Assembly: GCA_965204035.1 (NCBI GenBank)
Contig: OZ241964.1
Location: 847,511-911,510 of the forward strand
Source of the DNA: Thermodesulfobacteriota bacterium
GTDB lineage: Bacteria; Desulfobacterota_D; UBA1144; Nemesobacterales; Nemesobacteraceae
DNA: 64,000 bases
Reading direction: 5' to 3'
Of the stretch, positions 28,109-38,766 are shown in pieces. Both the position numbers and the translations under genes were made by a program. A model generated the notes under the pieces. The model worked only from the letters and a program-made list of their open reading frames with translations, had not been told where the DNA came from and made no database searches. Every line of letters begins with the position of its first letter. The first letter of the stretch is position 1.

Positions 28109-31100
28109 ATGCTCTTATCCGGGAACATTGACAGAAGATCTATTCTTGCTTTGTTTGGAATAAGGTCAGGTGCGATGTCATTTTTTATTGCTGGCGTGCT
28201 TGTCCTCGTTCTGATTCTGGTCGGGTGTGGCGGTGACACCACGCCTTCCCAATCTCCCGATCCTGACAATCCTCCGCACATGGGCCCTGAACCCGATGAT
28301 CCATCGCCGGAGGGCCCCGACCCCGATGTTCCGTCGCCAGAGGATACTGACCCACCCCCGCCCCAACCCGGGATATACACGACACGTCTGGATCAATCCA
28401 TCACCTTTGACATGCAGGGCAGCGATCCTCTGAGTGACCGGATTCTGAGGCAATCACAGCAGGGGACGGTGGTTTTGAATGCCGACGGCTCCGTTACCTA
28501 CTCGCCCGTACCCGGGGCTTCGGGAGAAGACAGCTTCGAAATTGAAATTAACGGAAGCCCGAGGGAGATTACCATTTACAACAATCTCGCTTACGAAGGC
28601 CAGATTGAAGGCGGGGTGAACTCCTCCGGCAACGTTGAAGTGCTGTTAACTGGGGACGGCGTATTGGAAACCGCATCGCCGGACGCTTCCGGCAGGTTCA
28701 GGTTCTATGGGTTGGAGGACGGTGACTATGTCGTCAAGGTGCGCAAAGCGGGCTACACGTCGTCGCTTGCCCGGGCGTTCAGCCTTGATATCGGGCAGCA
28801 TGATCCTTTGCATGACAGGATCGACCGATTTGTTCTGGAAGCGATCGATTCAGATACCTTTGTCTATCACTGGGAAGAAGATCAGAGTACGGCCGGCTAT
28901 GATTACGCGGCCCATGTGAACCAACCCGTGGTCGTGGAGTTTCTGGATGAGGAGGTTGAGGTGGTCAGCGAAGCGTCAGCCGGCCAGCTCCATCATGACT
29001 ACAACATCTTGCTGGTCGATTCGGAAGACGGTTCATGGACACAAGAGCATGCCTATCGCCTTCTCGAAACCATGAAGTCCATCCCGCAGAAGCTGCGGGA
29101 CCCCCATAAGGAACAAAGCCTCCCCGCCAGCAGGTGGCTTCTTACTTCCGACCACCTGGAGGACGACATCCGGATTACACATCATGAAGGCGGAGACCAC
29201 AGGACCGTTCTCATTTCCGAAGATGCCTTCGTCAATGCCAGCCCCCGGATCGCCAGGGTTGAAGGCAAGCGAGGAGTCTACTACTCACAACGTCTGCACC
29301 ACGCGCTGGTGCGCTTCGTCACGAACAACGGCAGGGATGAAACGGCGTACGAAGAGATTTTCCGGTTGCGTTACGGCGTCACGACCCTCATACCGGATTA
29401 TGCCCAGCTCACCAGTTCCACCACTAACGAATCCGCGTCGCGCTTTCAGAAATTCCATCCCGAAGAAATCGTCCAATTGATCAATATGTTTGAGGAAATG
29501 CCCAGGGGGATGCACAAACTGCCTGAGCTGCGGTATCTGGTGCGGCGCTTGGACGGCACGCTGCACCCTATATATCCTGGTGCGCCTGCGGTGGCTTGGC
29601 CCGATTACGGCTATATCGAGTTCATGGAAAGCGGGTTCAGCGAATTTTCCCCCGCCTATGTCCATCGCCTCATCATTCATGAAAAGGCGCATTTCCTGTG
29701 GGCCCACCAGTTCGACGAGCAACTCAAGGAGGACTGGATTGAATTGGGCGGCTGGTACCACGACCCGGAAAGCTCAAGTGGCTGGTCGACGACCAAACAA
29801 ACGGAGTTTGTCTCCGCCTACGCCCACTCAGAAAATCCAAATGAGGACATGGCCGAGTCCATCGCCTACTTCATCGTGAATCCGGACAGGCTGAAATCCC
29901 GAGCCATCGGCAAGTACGAGTTCGTCCGCGACCGCATCATGCAAGGTAACATCTACATCTCCACCATCCGGGAAGACCTGACCTTTGAGGTATATAACCT
30001 GTATCCGGACTACGTCTTTCCGGGCAAGATACGGCGAGTGGATATTGCGGTCGAAGGGGATCCGGAGGACGACAAAACAATCCATGTGGAAATCGAGTTG
30101 CATGCTCTGGATGAGGAGTTGGAAGGAGCGAAACACGCCTATACGCGCATTTTCAGCGAGACCGGCACCTTTGTGGACCTGTTCCTCTACCCAAGGGATG
30201 TGAACGGCAACCAGCTGACTCAAGGCACGGTACTCAAAGGCAGCTTCACTCTCAGCAAGCACGCCAAAGCCGGTTACTGGAGGCCGGACCAGATCGTTAT
30301 CACGGATGCGGTTGGCAACGAGCGGTTCGAAGGGGTGAACGACTTTGGGTGGAGACTCTACGTCGGCAACCTGCTGGAGGATGTCACCGCTCCTGAGTAT
30401 GTGGACAATACGGCGTCACTGAGCAAGAGCGTGACGACCCTTGAAGGCCGGGAGGTTCAGCTGATTCATGCAACCTGGGAGGTGGATGAGGACACGGCAA
30501 TGCGGGGGCAGGAACCTTGTTTCGCCACCCTGAATGACGAGTTTCTGGAAACCTACAGTTATAACGGATACGGTTCCTATGATTCAGCTAGCAGGTTGTG
30601 TCAGGTGGACTTTATGATGCCTCACTACATGCCGAGTTCCGTCTACAGGATGAATTACATCATCATGGTCGACGAGGCACTGAATAGCCGGGGAGTCTAC
30701 TTCACCCATCCTGGGCACGGCCTGCGTCCGGAGCAAAGTGTCGTGGATGAAACGCCCCGGCAAATTGAACTGGTAACCAGCAATCCGGACCTCAACCCCC
30801 CTGAGTTGGATATCAACGATATTCAGATCAATGCCGAGCCCACTTATCCGGATGCGCCCAATGGCGAAACTCTGGTGACGATCACCTTTCCCGTCAGGGA
30901 CAACATATCTGGTTATGAGATCGCACACATGATGCTACGCGACCCTCAGGGCATCGAGCATTATTTCTATCACCATGCTGAAGATCGCTCCCGATTATTT
31001 CCCGAAGGTGATCCCGCCCGTTGGGCCACTCAGACCCGAACGGTGCTTCTACCGCCGGGTTCTGCGCCCGGTATTTGGGGACTGGCCGAGATGACGATTC

Positions 31101-31174
31101 AGGACCGGGCGGGCAACTTCCGGCGCTACGATTTCACCGAGATCATCCACTTCGAAGTATTAGACGAGAGTTGA
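28109..31174 (+). CDS. Large lipoprotein with Ig/cadherin-like and carboxypeptidase-regulatory-like domains and a putative zinc metallopeptidase domain
   Basis: Lipobox LVGC, Pro/Asp linker, LNADGSVTYSP, GRFRFYGLEDGDYVVKV, IIHEKAH (HExxH) and SAYA..NPNEDMAES. Confidence 0.75.
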   Translation: MLLSGNIDRRSILALFGIRSGAMSFFIAGVLVLVLILVGCGGDTTPSQSPDPDNPPHMGPEPDDPSPEGPDPDVPSPEDTDPPPPQPGIYTTRLDQSITFDMQGSDPLSDRILRQSQQGTVVLNADGSVTYSPVPGASGEDSFEIEINGSPREITIYNNLAYEGQIEGGVNSSGNVEVLLTGDGVLETASPDASGRFRFYGLEDGDYVVKVRKAGYTSSLARAFSLDIGQHDPLHDRIDRFVLEAIDSDTFVYHWEEDQSTAGYDYAAHVNQPVVVEFLDEEVEVVSEASAGQLHHDYNILLVDSEDGSWTQEHAYRLLETMKSIPQKLRDPHKEQSLPASRWLLTSDHLEDDIRITHHEGGDHRTVLISEDAFVNASPRIARVEGKRGVYYSQRLHHALVRFVTNNGRDETAYEEIFRLRYGVTTLIPDYAQLTSSTTNESASRFQKFHPEEIVQLINMFEEMPRGMHKLPELRYLVRRLDGTLHPIYPGAPAVAWPDYGYIEFMESGFSEFSPAYVHRLIIHEKAHFLWAHQFDEQLKEDWIELGGWYHDPESSSGWSTTKQTEFVSAYAHSENPNEDMAESIAYFIVNPDRLKSRAIGKYEFVRDRIMQGNIYISTIREDLTFEVYNLYPDYVFPGKIRRVDIAVEGDPEDDKTIHVEIELHALDEELEGAKHAYTRIFSETGTFVDLFLYPRDVNGNQLTQGTVLKGSFTLSKHAKAGYWRPDQIVITDAVGNERFEGVNDFGWRLYVGNLLEDVTAPEYVDNTASLSKSVTTLEGREVQLIHATWEVDEDTAMRGQEPCFATLNDEFLETYSYNGYGSYDSASRLCQVDFMMPHYMPSSVYRMNYIIMVDEALNSRGVYFTHPGHGLRPEQSVVDETPRQIELVTSNPDLNPPELDINDIQINAEPTYPDAPNGETLVTITFPVRDNISGYEIAHMMLRDPQGIEHYFYHHAEDRSRLFPEGDPARWATQTRTVLLPPGSAPGIWGLAEMTIQDRAGNFRRYDFTEIIHFEVLDES

Positions 31175-31348
31175 ACCACTTACTGTCGCGTACCAGCGGC
31201 GGCGGCCCTTGACCGTCGCAACTTTGTTGCGCCTCGTCTCAACGCCATTGGATAAATCCAGTTCCGGAAGCAATTGCTGAGTTAGAATTGACAGATCAGA
31301 CCATTATTGCTCAACTTAATTTGCCAACTGCACCAATCGGATATTTCC

Positions 31349-31376
31349 TTGCCGATTTTTTAGTTTTATGTAGAAT
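31349..31376 (+). promoter_or_regulatory. Probable promoter of the rimP-nusA-infB operon
   Basis: TTGCCG-16 nt-TAGAAT. Confidence 0.5.
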
Positions 31377-31390
31377 TTAAACCGCTTTGG

Positions 31391-31419
31391 AAAGAGTGGG
31401 TCTTTACCCGCTCTTTTTT
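31391..31419 (+). terminator. rimP leader terminator-like hairpin
   Basis: AAAGAGTGGG-tcttta-CCCGCTCTTT followed by a T-run, at the usual rimP-leader position. Confidence 0.75.
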
Positions 31420-31451
31420 GTTGAAGGGCAAGAAAGATACGGAGAAATTTT

Positions 31452-31940
31452 ATGGAAAAAGCTAACGGCAAGCTTGAAAAAGCGGTTCTGGAAGTTCTTC
31501 ACCCGATTGTCGAGGAGAATTCCTGCGAGCTTGTGGATATAAAGTATCTGAGGGAAAGAGGAGGCAGGATTTTAAGGGTATTTCTTGACAAGGAGGGCGG
31601 GGTTACAGTTGATGACTGCGCTAACGTGAGCAGGGAGCTCGGCGTGGTTCTGGATGCCTACGACATAATGCCGCAGCATTCTTACACGCTTGAGGTGTCT
31701 TCTCCAGGCCTCAGGAGGCCCCTTAACAGGCAAAGCGACTACGAGAGGTTCAAGGGAAGGAAAGTGAAGATAAAGACCACGGATCCGGTCGAGGACAGAA
31801 AGGTTTTCTCCGGGACCCTTCTTGGAATTAGAGGAGAAATGATTCTGGTGGAAGTCGACGGCCATTCCTACAGCGTGCCTTTCGGTTCCGTCAGCAGGGC
31901 GAACTTGGAAATTGATCTTGGGAAAGGAGCGAGAAAATGA
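31452..31940 (+). CDS. rimP: Ribosome maturation factor RimP
   Basis: YTLEVSSPGLRRPL motif and operon position. Confidence 0.95.
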   Translation: MEKANGKLEKAVLEVLHPIVEENSCELVDIKYLRERGGRILRVFLDKEGGVTVDDCANVSRELGVVLDAYDIMPQHSYTLEVSSPGLRRPLNRQSDYERFKGRKVKIKTTDPVEDRKVFSGTLLGIRGEMILVEVDGHSYSVPFGSVSRANLEIDLGKGARK

Positions 31941-33292
31941 TTACGGAACTGACAAGGGTTATAGATTCCGTAGGGAAGGACAAGGGCATTGACAGGGAAC
32001 GCATAATAAGCGCGGTCGAGGAAGCGGTTCTCTCCGCTGCCGAGAAGCTTCTCAAGTCAAAGAACCAGGACAAGGAATTCGACGTTTACTATAACCCCGA
32101 AGAGGGAGAGGTGGAGCTTTTCGAGTACAAGGAGGTTGTGGAGACCGTAAGCGACTCCGAAATCGAGATTTCACTCGCGGAAGCGTCCGAACTCGACCCC
32201 GAAACTGAACTTGGCGACATGATAGGCGTCAAGATAAGCCCTGAATACACCAGAATTGCCATTCACAACGCCAAGCAGAAGGTTCTTCAGAAACTCAAGG
32301 AGGCCGAAGGCAAGGTTATATACGAGGAATTTATCGGCAGGAAAGGAACCATAATCGGCGGCATAGTGAGAAGGGTTGACAGAAGGCACATAATAGTTGA
32401 TCTCGGAAGGGTTGAGGCCGTCCTGCCCCCGGAACAGCAGGTACCGAGAGAGTATTACAAGATGAAAGAAAGGATACGTGCCGTGCTTCTCGACATAAGG
32501 GAATCGCCCCGGGGGGAACCAAGGCTTATCCTTTCAAGGGCTCACGTGAGTTTCGTAATGAGGCTTTTTGAATCGGAAGTACCTGAAATCGCCGAGAATA
32601 TAGTTGAGATAAAAGCTATCTCAAGAGACCCAGGCGGAAGAACGAAAATAGCCGTGGCGTCAAACGATTCGGATGTGGACGCGGTTGGTGCATGCGTGGG
32701 AATGAGGGGCTCGAGGGTTCAGAGCATCATCCAGGAGCTCAGGGGCGAGAAGGTGGATATAGTTCCCTGGTCAGAAGACCCCGCCCGCTACGTCTGTAAC
32801 GCCCTCTCTCCGGCTGTCGTGAACAAGGTTGTGATTGACGAGAACAGCCGCTCTATGGAAGTCATAGTTGATGATGACCAGCTCTCTCTCGCCATCGGGA
32901 GAAAGGGACAGAACGTAAGGCTGGCATCGCAGCTTACCGAGTGGAAGATAGATATAAAAACTGAGTCTAGGGTCAAGCAGGAACAGCAGGAAGTGCTCTC
33001 CCTTCTTACAAGCTTGCCGTCTGTAAGCGAGGTTACGGCAAGTTTGCTTTATAATGACGGATTTTACTCTCTTGAACACATAGCTTTTTGCGAACCGGAC
33101 GTGCTCATGAAGGTTGGAAGTCTCAACGAAGACGAGGTCTCCACGCTTCAGAAAGCAGCCCGCGTGGCGCTTATGGAGAAACTTGAGGAGATGCCTGTTG
33201 AGACTGAAGCCGAAGAGGTTTCGGACGCGGAAGAGGTCAAGATATCGTCACCGACCGGGGCAGAGGTGCAGGATTCGCAGGAAGACAAGTAG
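31937..33292 (+). CDS. nusA: Transcription termination factor NusA
   Basis: S1 and KH domains, GACVGMRGSRV and LAIGRKGQNVRLA. Confidence 0.97.
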   Translation: MITELTRVIDSVGKDKGIDRERIISAVEEAVLSAAEKLLKSKNQDKEFDVYYNPEEGEVELFEYKEVVETVSDSEIEISLAEASELDPETELGDMIGVKISPEYTRIAIHNAKQKVLQKLKEAEGKVIYEEFIGRKGTIIGGIVRRVDRRHIIVDLGRVEAVLPPEQQVPREYYKMKERIRAVLLDIRESPRGEPRLILSRAHVSFVMRLFESEVPEIAENIVEIKAISRDPGGRTKIAVASNDSDVDAVGACVGMRGSRVQSIIQELRGEKVDIVPWSEDPARYVCNALSPAVVNKVVIDENSRSMEVIVDDDQLSLAIGRKGQNVRLASQLTEWKIDIKTESRVKQEQQEVLSLLTSLPSVSEVTASLLYNDGFYSLEHIAFCEPDVLMKVGSLNEDEVSTLQKAARVALMEKLEEMPVETEAEEVSDAEEVKISSPTGAEVQDSQEDK

Positions 33293-33339
33293 CAAAAACC
33301 ACCGGCCGGCCTCCTCAGGAGAGCGGGTTTTTTGGGAAT

Positions 33340-35904
33340 ATGCCTAAAGTCAGAATACATCAGATAGCCAAAGAGCTGGGAATAACCAGCAAAGAGGTAA
33401 TAGATCAGAGCGCAAAGCTTGGAATGAAAGTTACAAGTCACCAGAACGTAGTCTCGGAAACGGATGCCGAGAGAATAAAAAAGGCGCTTGTCAGCATCCC
33501 GGAGGAAAATTCTTCAGAAACGGCGGAAGAGCAGAAGGAAACCGTAAAGGTTTTCAAATCTGAAACGGGCGACTTCGTCGAAAGAAGAAAGGGTTCCAGG
33601 GTTGTAAGAAGAAGAAAGAAAGTTGTGAAGCCGGAGCCCGAACCCGAGCCTGTGGAAGCAGAAGCCGTTCCGGCCGCCGGGGAACCTGCGGAAATCAAGC
33701 CGGAGCCCGAGATTCCCGCCACACCCGAGCCCGTGGAAGCTGAAGCGTCCCATGCTCTAGGCGCCGAGAGCGAAGCAATGCCCGAGGAGGCGCCTGAAGT
33801 CGAGCAGCTGCCCGAAGCCGAGGTTCCGCAGGAAGATGGCATTGAACTCAAGCCCGAGCCGTCTCCCGAACCTGAAAAGGTCATTGAGGAAGAGGATGAC
33901 AAGGAAAAGCCAAAGCAGAAGAAAAAAGCCAAGAAGAGCAAGCCTCTTAAAGAGGAGATACATGATGAGGAGACCCTGGAGCAGCTTAAAAGAGCGTTTC
34001 GGACCAAGGTCCCGAGCAGAAAGGAATACGTAATACAGAACAAAAAGCCCAAACTGAGGCAGAATTTTGACGGAGCTGGAAGAAACAGGGGGGGTTATCA
34101 GGCCGATGGCCAAGACACCCAGCTTATTCCTGCTTTCCCGGCCCATACTTCGAAAAGAAACATCAAGGTCGGCGAAACCGTAGTAGTTTCCGATCTTGCG
34201 AAAATGATGAGCGTGAAGGCGTCGGAAGTCGTTAAGAAACTCATGACCATGGGTACGGGCGCAACGATCAACCAGTCAATTGACAGCGATACCGCCGAGC
34301 TTATTGCCGATGAATTCGGTTTTAACGTAACCGTTGAGAGATTTGTCGAGGAGGACCTGCTTTTTGATCAGGATGAGTCGGGCGATGCGGAGAAAATGCC
34401 ACGTCCGCCGGTCGTTACGGTCATGGGACATGTTGATCACGGCAAGACCACACTGCTTGATTCTATAAGGGAAACCAATGTTGTCGCGGGAGAAGCCGGT
34501 GGAATAACGCAGCACATAGGCGCCTACGCGGTGAACATAAAGGATTTAACCATAGTTTTCGTGGATACGCCCGGGCACGAGGCGTTTACTTCAATGAGGG
34601 CCCGCGGCGCAAGCATAACGGATATAGTGATTCTGGTAGTGGCGGCGGATGACGGAGTAATGCCCCAGACGGTCGAAGCGGTTAACCACGCGAAAGCGGC
34701 CGGAGTTCCGATTATAGTAGCTATAAACAAAGTCGACAAGGAAGGTGCCGATGTCGAAAAAATCAGGAGGGAACTCTCCGAGATAGATCTCATATCGGAA
34801 CAGTGGGGAGGAGACACTCTTTTTGCCGAGGTTTCAGCGAAAAAGAAAAAGGGCATAAGTGAACTCCTTGAACTTGTCCTGCTCCAGGCCGATATACTCG
34901 AACTCAAGGCGTCGCCCGATAAAAAAGCAAACGGCGTGGTGGTGGAAGCTGAGCTTGACAAGGGCAGGGGAGCAGTCTCCACGGTCATAGTCAAGGAAGG
35001 GACTCTTCGGGTCGGAGATTGCGTCGTGTCAGGGGTTCACAGCGGGAAAATAAGGGCCCTTACCGACGACAAGGGCAAAACGGTAAAAAGCGTAGGTCCT
35101 TCAATGCCCGTTAAGATCATGGGTCTCTCGGGAGTTGCCGAAGCCGGCGAGAAATTCCACGTAGTGAAGGATGAGAAGACATCCAGAGAGATAACTTCTC
35201 ACCGTCTCGATAAGATCAGATCCCGCAAGGTGATCGCCACTCCGAAGCTTTCGCTCGAGGACCTTTTCAGTTCCATTGAAAACGAGGAAGCCAAGGAGCT
35301 GTCCCTCATTATAAAGGCAGATACCCAGGGCTCGGTTGAGGCTCTCAGGGAGTCTCTGGAGAAGCTCTCTACCGAGAAGTGCAGGGTAAAGATCGTTCAC
35401 TCAGGAGCCGGAGGCATAAACGAGACGGATGTGGTTCTTGCAAGTGCCTCAAACGCGGTGGTGGTAGGGTTTAACGTCCGCCCGGATGCGAACGCGCTTA
35501 GGATTTCTGAAAAAGAAGGGGTCTCTCTTGAGCTTCATTCAATAATTTACGACGTGGTAAACCGCGTAAAAAGCGCGATGGAGGGACTTCTCGAGCCCAT
35601 TAGCAAGGAAGTCGTGGTGGCCCACATGGACGTAAAGGAGCTTTTCCACGTGTCAAGAGTGGGAACTATCGCGGGATGCATGGTTTCTGACGGCAAGGTA
35701 AGCAGGGACAACAGCATCAGAGTGGTTCGCGACGGCACGGTTGTCTTTGACGGCAAGGTAAGTTCTCTCAGGCGTTTTAAAGAGGACGTGAAGGAGGTTC
35801 CCTCGGGCTACGAATGCGGTATAACGATAGAGAATTTCAACGACGTGAAGCAGGGAGACGTCTTCGAACTCTACAAGCTTGAGGAGATAAAGCAGGAGCT
35901 TTGA
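33340..35904 (+). CDS. infB: Translation initiation factor IF-2
   Basis: MGHVDHGKTTLLD, GGITQHIGA, DTPGHEAF and INKVD motifs. Confidence 0.98.
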   Translation: MPKVRIHQIAKELGITSKEVIDQSAKLGMKVTSHQNVVSETDAERIKKALVSIPEENSSETAEEQKETVKVFKSETGDFVERRKGSRVVRRRKKVVKPEPEPEPVEAEAVPAAGEPAEIKPEPEIPATPEPVEAEASHALGAESEAMPEEAPEVEQLPEAEVPQEDGIELKPEPSPEPEKVIEEEDDKEKPKQKKKAKKSKPLKEEIHDEETLEQLKRAFRTKVPSRKEYVIQNKKPKLRQNFDGAGRNRGGYQADGQDTQLIPAFPAHTSKRNIKVGETVVVSDLAKMMSVKASEVVKKLMTMGTGATINQSIDSDTAELIADEFGFNVTVERFVEEDLLFDQDESGDAEKMPRPPVVTVMGHVDHGKTTLLDSIRETNVVAGEAGGITQHIGAYAVNIKDLTIVFVDTPGHEAFTSMRARGASITDIVILVVAADDGVMPQTVEAVNHAKAAGVPIIVAINKVDKEGADVEKIRRELSEIDLISEQWGGDTLFAEVSAKKKKGISELLELVLLQADILELKASPDKKANGVVVEAELDKGRGAVSTVIVKEGTLRVGDCVVSGVHSGKIRALTDDKGKTVKSVGPSMPVKIMGLSGVAEAGEKFHVVKDEKTSREITSHRLDKIRSRKVIATPKLSLEDLFSSIENEEAKELSLIIKADTQGSVEALRESLEKLSTEKCRVKIVHSGAGGINETDVVLASASNAVVVGFNVRPDANALRISEKEGVSLELHSIIYDVVNRVKSAMEGLLEPISKEVVVAHMDVKELFHVSRVGTIAGCMVSDGKVSRDNSIRVVRDGTVVFDGKVSSLRRFKEDVKEVPSGYECGITIENFNDVKQGDVFELYKLEEIKQEL

Positions 35905-35920
35905 TCTCTGGATTTTTTAA

Positions 35921-36211
35921 ATGGTAGTGGGCATAGCCAGATTTGAACTCTACATGTCGGGCAACAGGTCTTTGAAAGATAAAAGACGCCTGGTAAAAAG
36001 CCTTGTGGAAAGGGCGAGGTCAAAATTCCCGAGTCTCTCATTTGCTGAAGTTGATTCCCTGGATCTAAAGGACAAAGCCACCATAGGGCTTGGGTATGTT
36101 TCCAACGATGCTTCTCTTGTGAATTCCGTTCTCGAGAAGGTGACTTCCTATATAGAGAGCACGGGGAATTTCCGCATGGGTGAAAAGGAGATGGAAATCA
36201 TCCATTTCTAA
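35921..36211 (+). CDS. DUF503 (YlxP-like) protein
   Basis: SLKDKRRLVKS motif; lies between infB and rbfA. Confidence 0.88.
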   Translation: MVVGIARFELYMSGNRSLKDKRRLVKSLVERARSKFPSLSFAEVDSLDLKDKATIGLGYVSNDASLVNSVLEKVTSYIESTGNFRMGEKEMEIIHF

Positions 36212-36221
36212 GCGACCGAAG

Positions 36222-36575
36222 ATGTCTCACAGTTACAAAAGATCCGCGAGGATATCCGATCTTCTCATAAAGGAGATATCCGAGATGCTGGTGCGCGGCA
36301 AGATCAAGGACCCCAGGGTGTCGTCGGCAAGCATAACGGCTGTGAGGGTTACAGACGACATGGGCCACGCGAAGGTCTTTTTTACCTCTTTTGATGAAAG
36401 CTCCGATACCCAGGAGATGCTTGAAGGACTGAGGAACGCTACCGGCTACATAAGAGGCGTCCTCTCAAGGAGATTAAGAATAAAGAAAATCCCGAACATA
36501 GAATTCGAGTACGACGGCCTGGTGGAGAAGCGGGCGAGAATTGATGAACTGATAAAGGGTTTGTCTGATGGATAA
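36222..36575 (+). CDS. rbfA: Ribosome-binding factor A
   Basis: IKDPRV, VRVTDDMGHAKVF and IPNIEFEYD motifs. Confidence 0.93.
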   Translation: MSHSYKRSARISDLLIKEISEMLVRGKIKDPRVSSASITAVRVTDDMGHAKVFFTSFDESSDTQEMLEGLRNATGYIRGVLSRRLRIKKIPNIEFEYDGLVEKRARIDELIKGLSDG

Positions 36576-37530
36576 GATTGACAACATCCTTGACCTCATA
36601 AGGGCAAACCAAAGCTTCCTTGTCGTTTCCCACGAGAATCCGGATTGCGACGCTCTGGGTTCGACTATAGTCATGGCGCTGGTTCTTCGCGAGCTTGGAA
36701 AGGATGTGATCATGTACAACGCAGACGGGGTTCCTGAGTACCTGCGGTTTCTTCCCGAGTGCTCCGGCATTATCGATTCCCTTGAAGGCGTCACCAACCC
36801 GGTGGATGTGGTTATGCTCCTTGACTGTGCCGATGTTTCGCGGCCCGGAAAAGAGTTTGAGAAATTTATCCTGAAAGACGGTTTCACGTTTGCGTTTGTG
36901 GATCACCACGCGACTAACAGCGCGGGTTCGGAGTACTGCCTTGTTGATGAAAACGCATCTTCCACCGGAGTTATTCTCTACAGGATGATAAAACGGCTCG
37001 GGATTCCCGTAAGCCCGGACGTTGCGGAGTGCCTTTTTTCCACCATAGTCGGGGATACGGGTTCGTTCCGGTATTCAAACACCCGTTCTGAGACGTTCAC
37101 GATCGCTGCCGATCTGGTCAACTGCGGAGCCGACCCCGAGAGGATCTCAAGATTCATTTACGATAACGAACCTCTTAGAAAGGTTATGCTTAGAACCCTG
37201 GCAATGAACACCCTTGAGGTAACCGGGAAAATCGCCTTTCTTCACGTATCGAGCGAGATGTTCCAGCAGACCGGCACCGAAAAGGAGCATACCGAGGGCC
37301 TTGTAAGCATGGCGCGGGCGATTGAAGGGGTTGAGGTCGCGGTTTTTCTCAGGCAGGAATCCGCCATCGGTTGGAAAGTGAGTCTCCGCTCCAAGGAGTA
37401 CGTGGACGTGGCGCAGATCGCCAGGCGGTACGGCGGGGGAGGACACCGCAAGGCGGCGGGATGTGTGATTCCCGCGCCGCTTGCCACCGTCAAGCGCAGA
37501 CTTCGCAGTTCGATTGAGGAAGCGATTTGA
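36568..37530 (+). CDS. nrnA: DHH-family oligoribonuclease/pAp phosphatase (NrnA-like)
   Basis: HENPDCDALGS, DHH, GDTGSF and GGGGHRKAAG motifs. Confidence 0.88.
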   Translation: MDKIDNILDLIRANQSFLVVSHENPDCDALGSTIVMALVLRELGKDVIMYNADGVPEYLRFLPECSGIIDSLEGVTNPVDVVMLLDCADVSRPGKEFEKFILKDGFTFAFVDHHATNSAGSEYCLVDENASSTGVILYRMIKRLGIPVSPDVAECLFSTIVGDTGSFRYSNTRSETFTIAADLVNCGADPERISRFIYDNEPLRKVMLRTLAMNTLEVTGKIAFLHVSSEMFQQTGTEKEHTEGLVSMARAIEGVEVAVFLRQESAIGWKVSLRSKEYVDVAQIARRYGGGGHRKAAGCVIPAPLATVKRRLRSSIEEAI

Positions 37531-38441
37531 TGGACGGAGTTATGATTCTCGATAAGCCCAAGGGATGTACTTCCGCCCAGGCGCTTAACAGGGTGAAAAA
37601 AGCCCTGGGGGCAAAAAAGGCGGGTCATACGGGCACTCTGGATCCGTTCGCGACGGGGGTGTTGCCTGTGTGTTTTAATCAGGCGACAAAAGCCATTCCT
37701 TACCTCGGAGACGATATAAAGGAATACGAGGCCGAGATGGTCCTGGGCGTATCAACCGATACCATGGACGGCACCGGTGCTGTCACCGGCCGGGTGGATG
37801 CGCGGCATCTGGGCAGGGGGGAGGTTGAGGAGGTAATTGAGGGATTTGCGGGGGAGATAATGCAGGTCCCGCCGATGTACTCCGCCGCCAAGGTCTCAGG
37901 TACGAAGCTCTACGCCCTTGCGAGAGCCGGAAAGGAAGTTGAGAGAAAACCGAAAAGAGTCACCATAGAGGAAATAAGACTTCTTCATTTCTCTTACCCT
38001 AAGGCGACTTTTTACGTGAAGTGTTCTCGAGGAACCTACGTAAGGGTGATTGCCTCGGATGCCGGAGGGAAACTGGGCTGCGGAGCCCATCTCTCCGAGT
38101 TGAGGAGGCTCAGGAGTGGCCCATTCACGCTTAGCGGGGCCAGCAGTATTGAAGATGTGGAATCCGGAAATTACAATGTTCTTCCCTTGGAGGATGTTCT
38201 CGGGGGCTATCCCAGGGTTCATCTGGAAGAGGGTCTCTGCGAGAGCGTGCGCAACGGAATCCCTCTTTGCAGGGGGGTTCTTTCGGGCGTGGAATTGCCC
38301 GAATTCAAAAATAGGGATATAATCACCATATTTTGCCGGAAAACGATTCTTTCCATCTGCGAGGCGAAAGCTGATTCGGATGAATTTGAGTATATGGGAG
38401 ATAAGGATATAGTGTTTCGGCATTTAAGAGTATTTAACTGA
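37527..38441 (+). CDS. truB: tRNA pseudouridine(55) synthase
   Basis: KAGHTGTLDPFATGVL, QVPPMYSA and CSRGTYVR motifs. Confidence 0.96.
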   Translation: MMDGVMILDKPKGCTSAQALNRVKKALGAKKAGHTGTLDPFATGVLPVCFNQATKAIPYLGDDIKEYEAEMVLGVSTDTMDGTGAVTGRVDARHLGRGEVEEVIEGFAGEIMQVPPMYSAAKVSGTKLYALARAGKEVERKPKRVTIEEIRLLHFSYPKATFYVKCSRGTYVRVIASDAGGKLGCGAHLSELRRLRSGPFTLSGASSIEDVESGNYNVLPLEDVLGGYPRVHLEEGLCESVRNGIPLCRGVLSGVELPEFKNRDIITIFCRKTILSICEAKADSDEFEYMGDKDIVFRHLRVFN

Positions 38442-38470
38442 TCAGGCAAGGGTCTAGGAGGAAGTAGTTT

Positions 38471-38740
38471 ATGTCTTTGCAGAAAGAAGAGAAGGCTCGA
38501 ATCATAAAGGAGTTTCAAACCCATGAAAACGACGTTGGTTCGGCCGAAGTTCAGATAGGAATTCTGAACGGAAAGATAGAGGAACTGTCCGAGCATGTGA
38601 AAAGAGCTCCCAAGGATAACCACTCAAGAAAAGGACTGGTTTCAATGGTTGCCAAGAGAAGGAAGCTGCTCAATTACGTAAAGAGGGTGAGACCGCAGGA
38701 GTACGGAAAGCTGATTGAGACCCTTGGGCTAAGGAAGTAA
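38471..38740 (+). CDS. rpsO: 30S ribosomal protein S15
   Basis: DVGSAEVQI, KDNHSRKGL and LGLRK motifs. Confidence 0.96.
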   Translation: MSLQKEEKARIIKEFQTHENDVGSAEVQIGILNGKIEELSEHVKRAPKDNHSRKGLVSMVAKRRKLLNYVKRVRPQEYGKLIETLGLRK

Positions 38741-38766
38741 GGAAGTAATATTTTGGAGGAAATGAA

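Noticed and set aside
33625-33880. EPEP-rich imperfect repeats in infB
   Set aside because: This is the ordinary variable low-complexity linker of IF-2.
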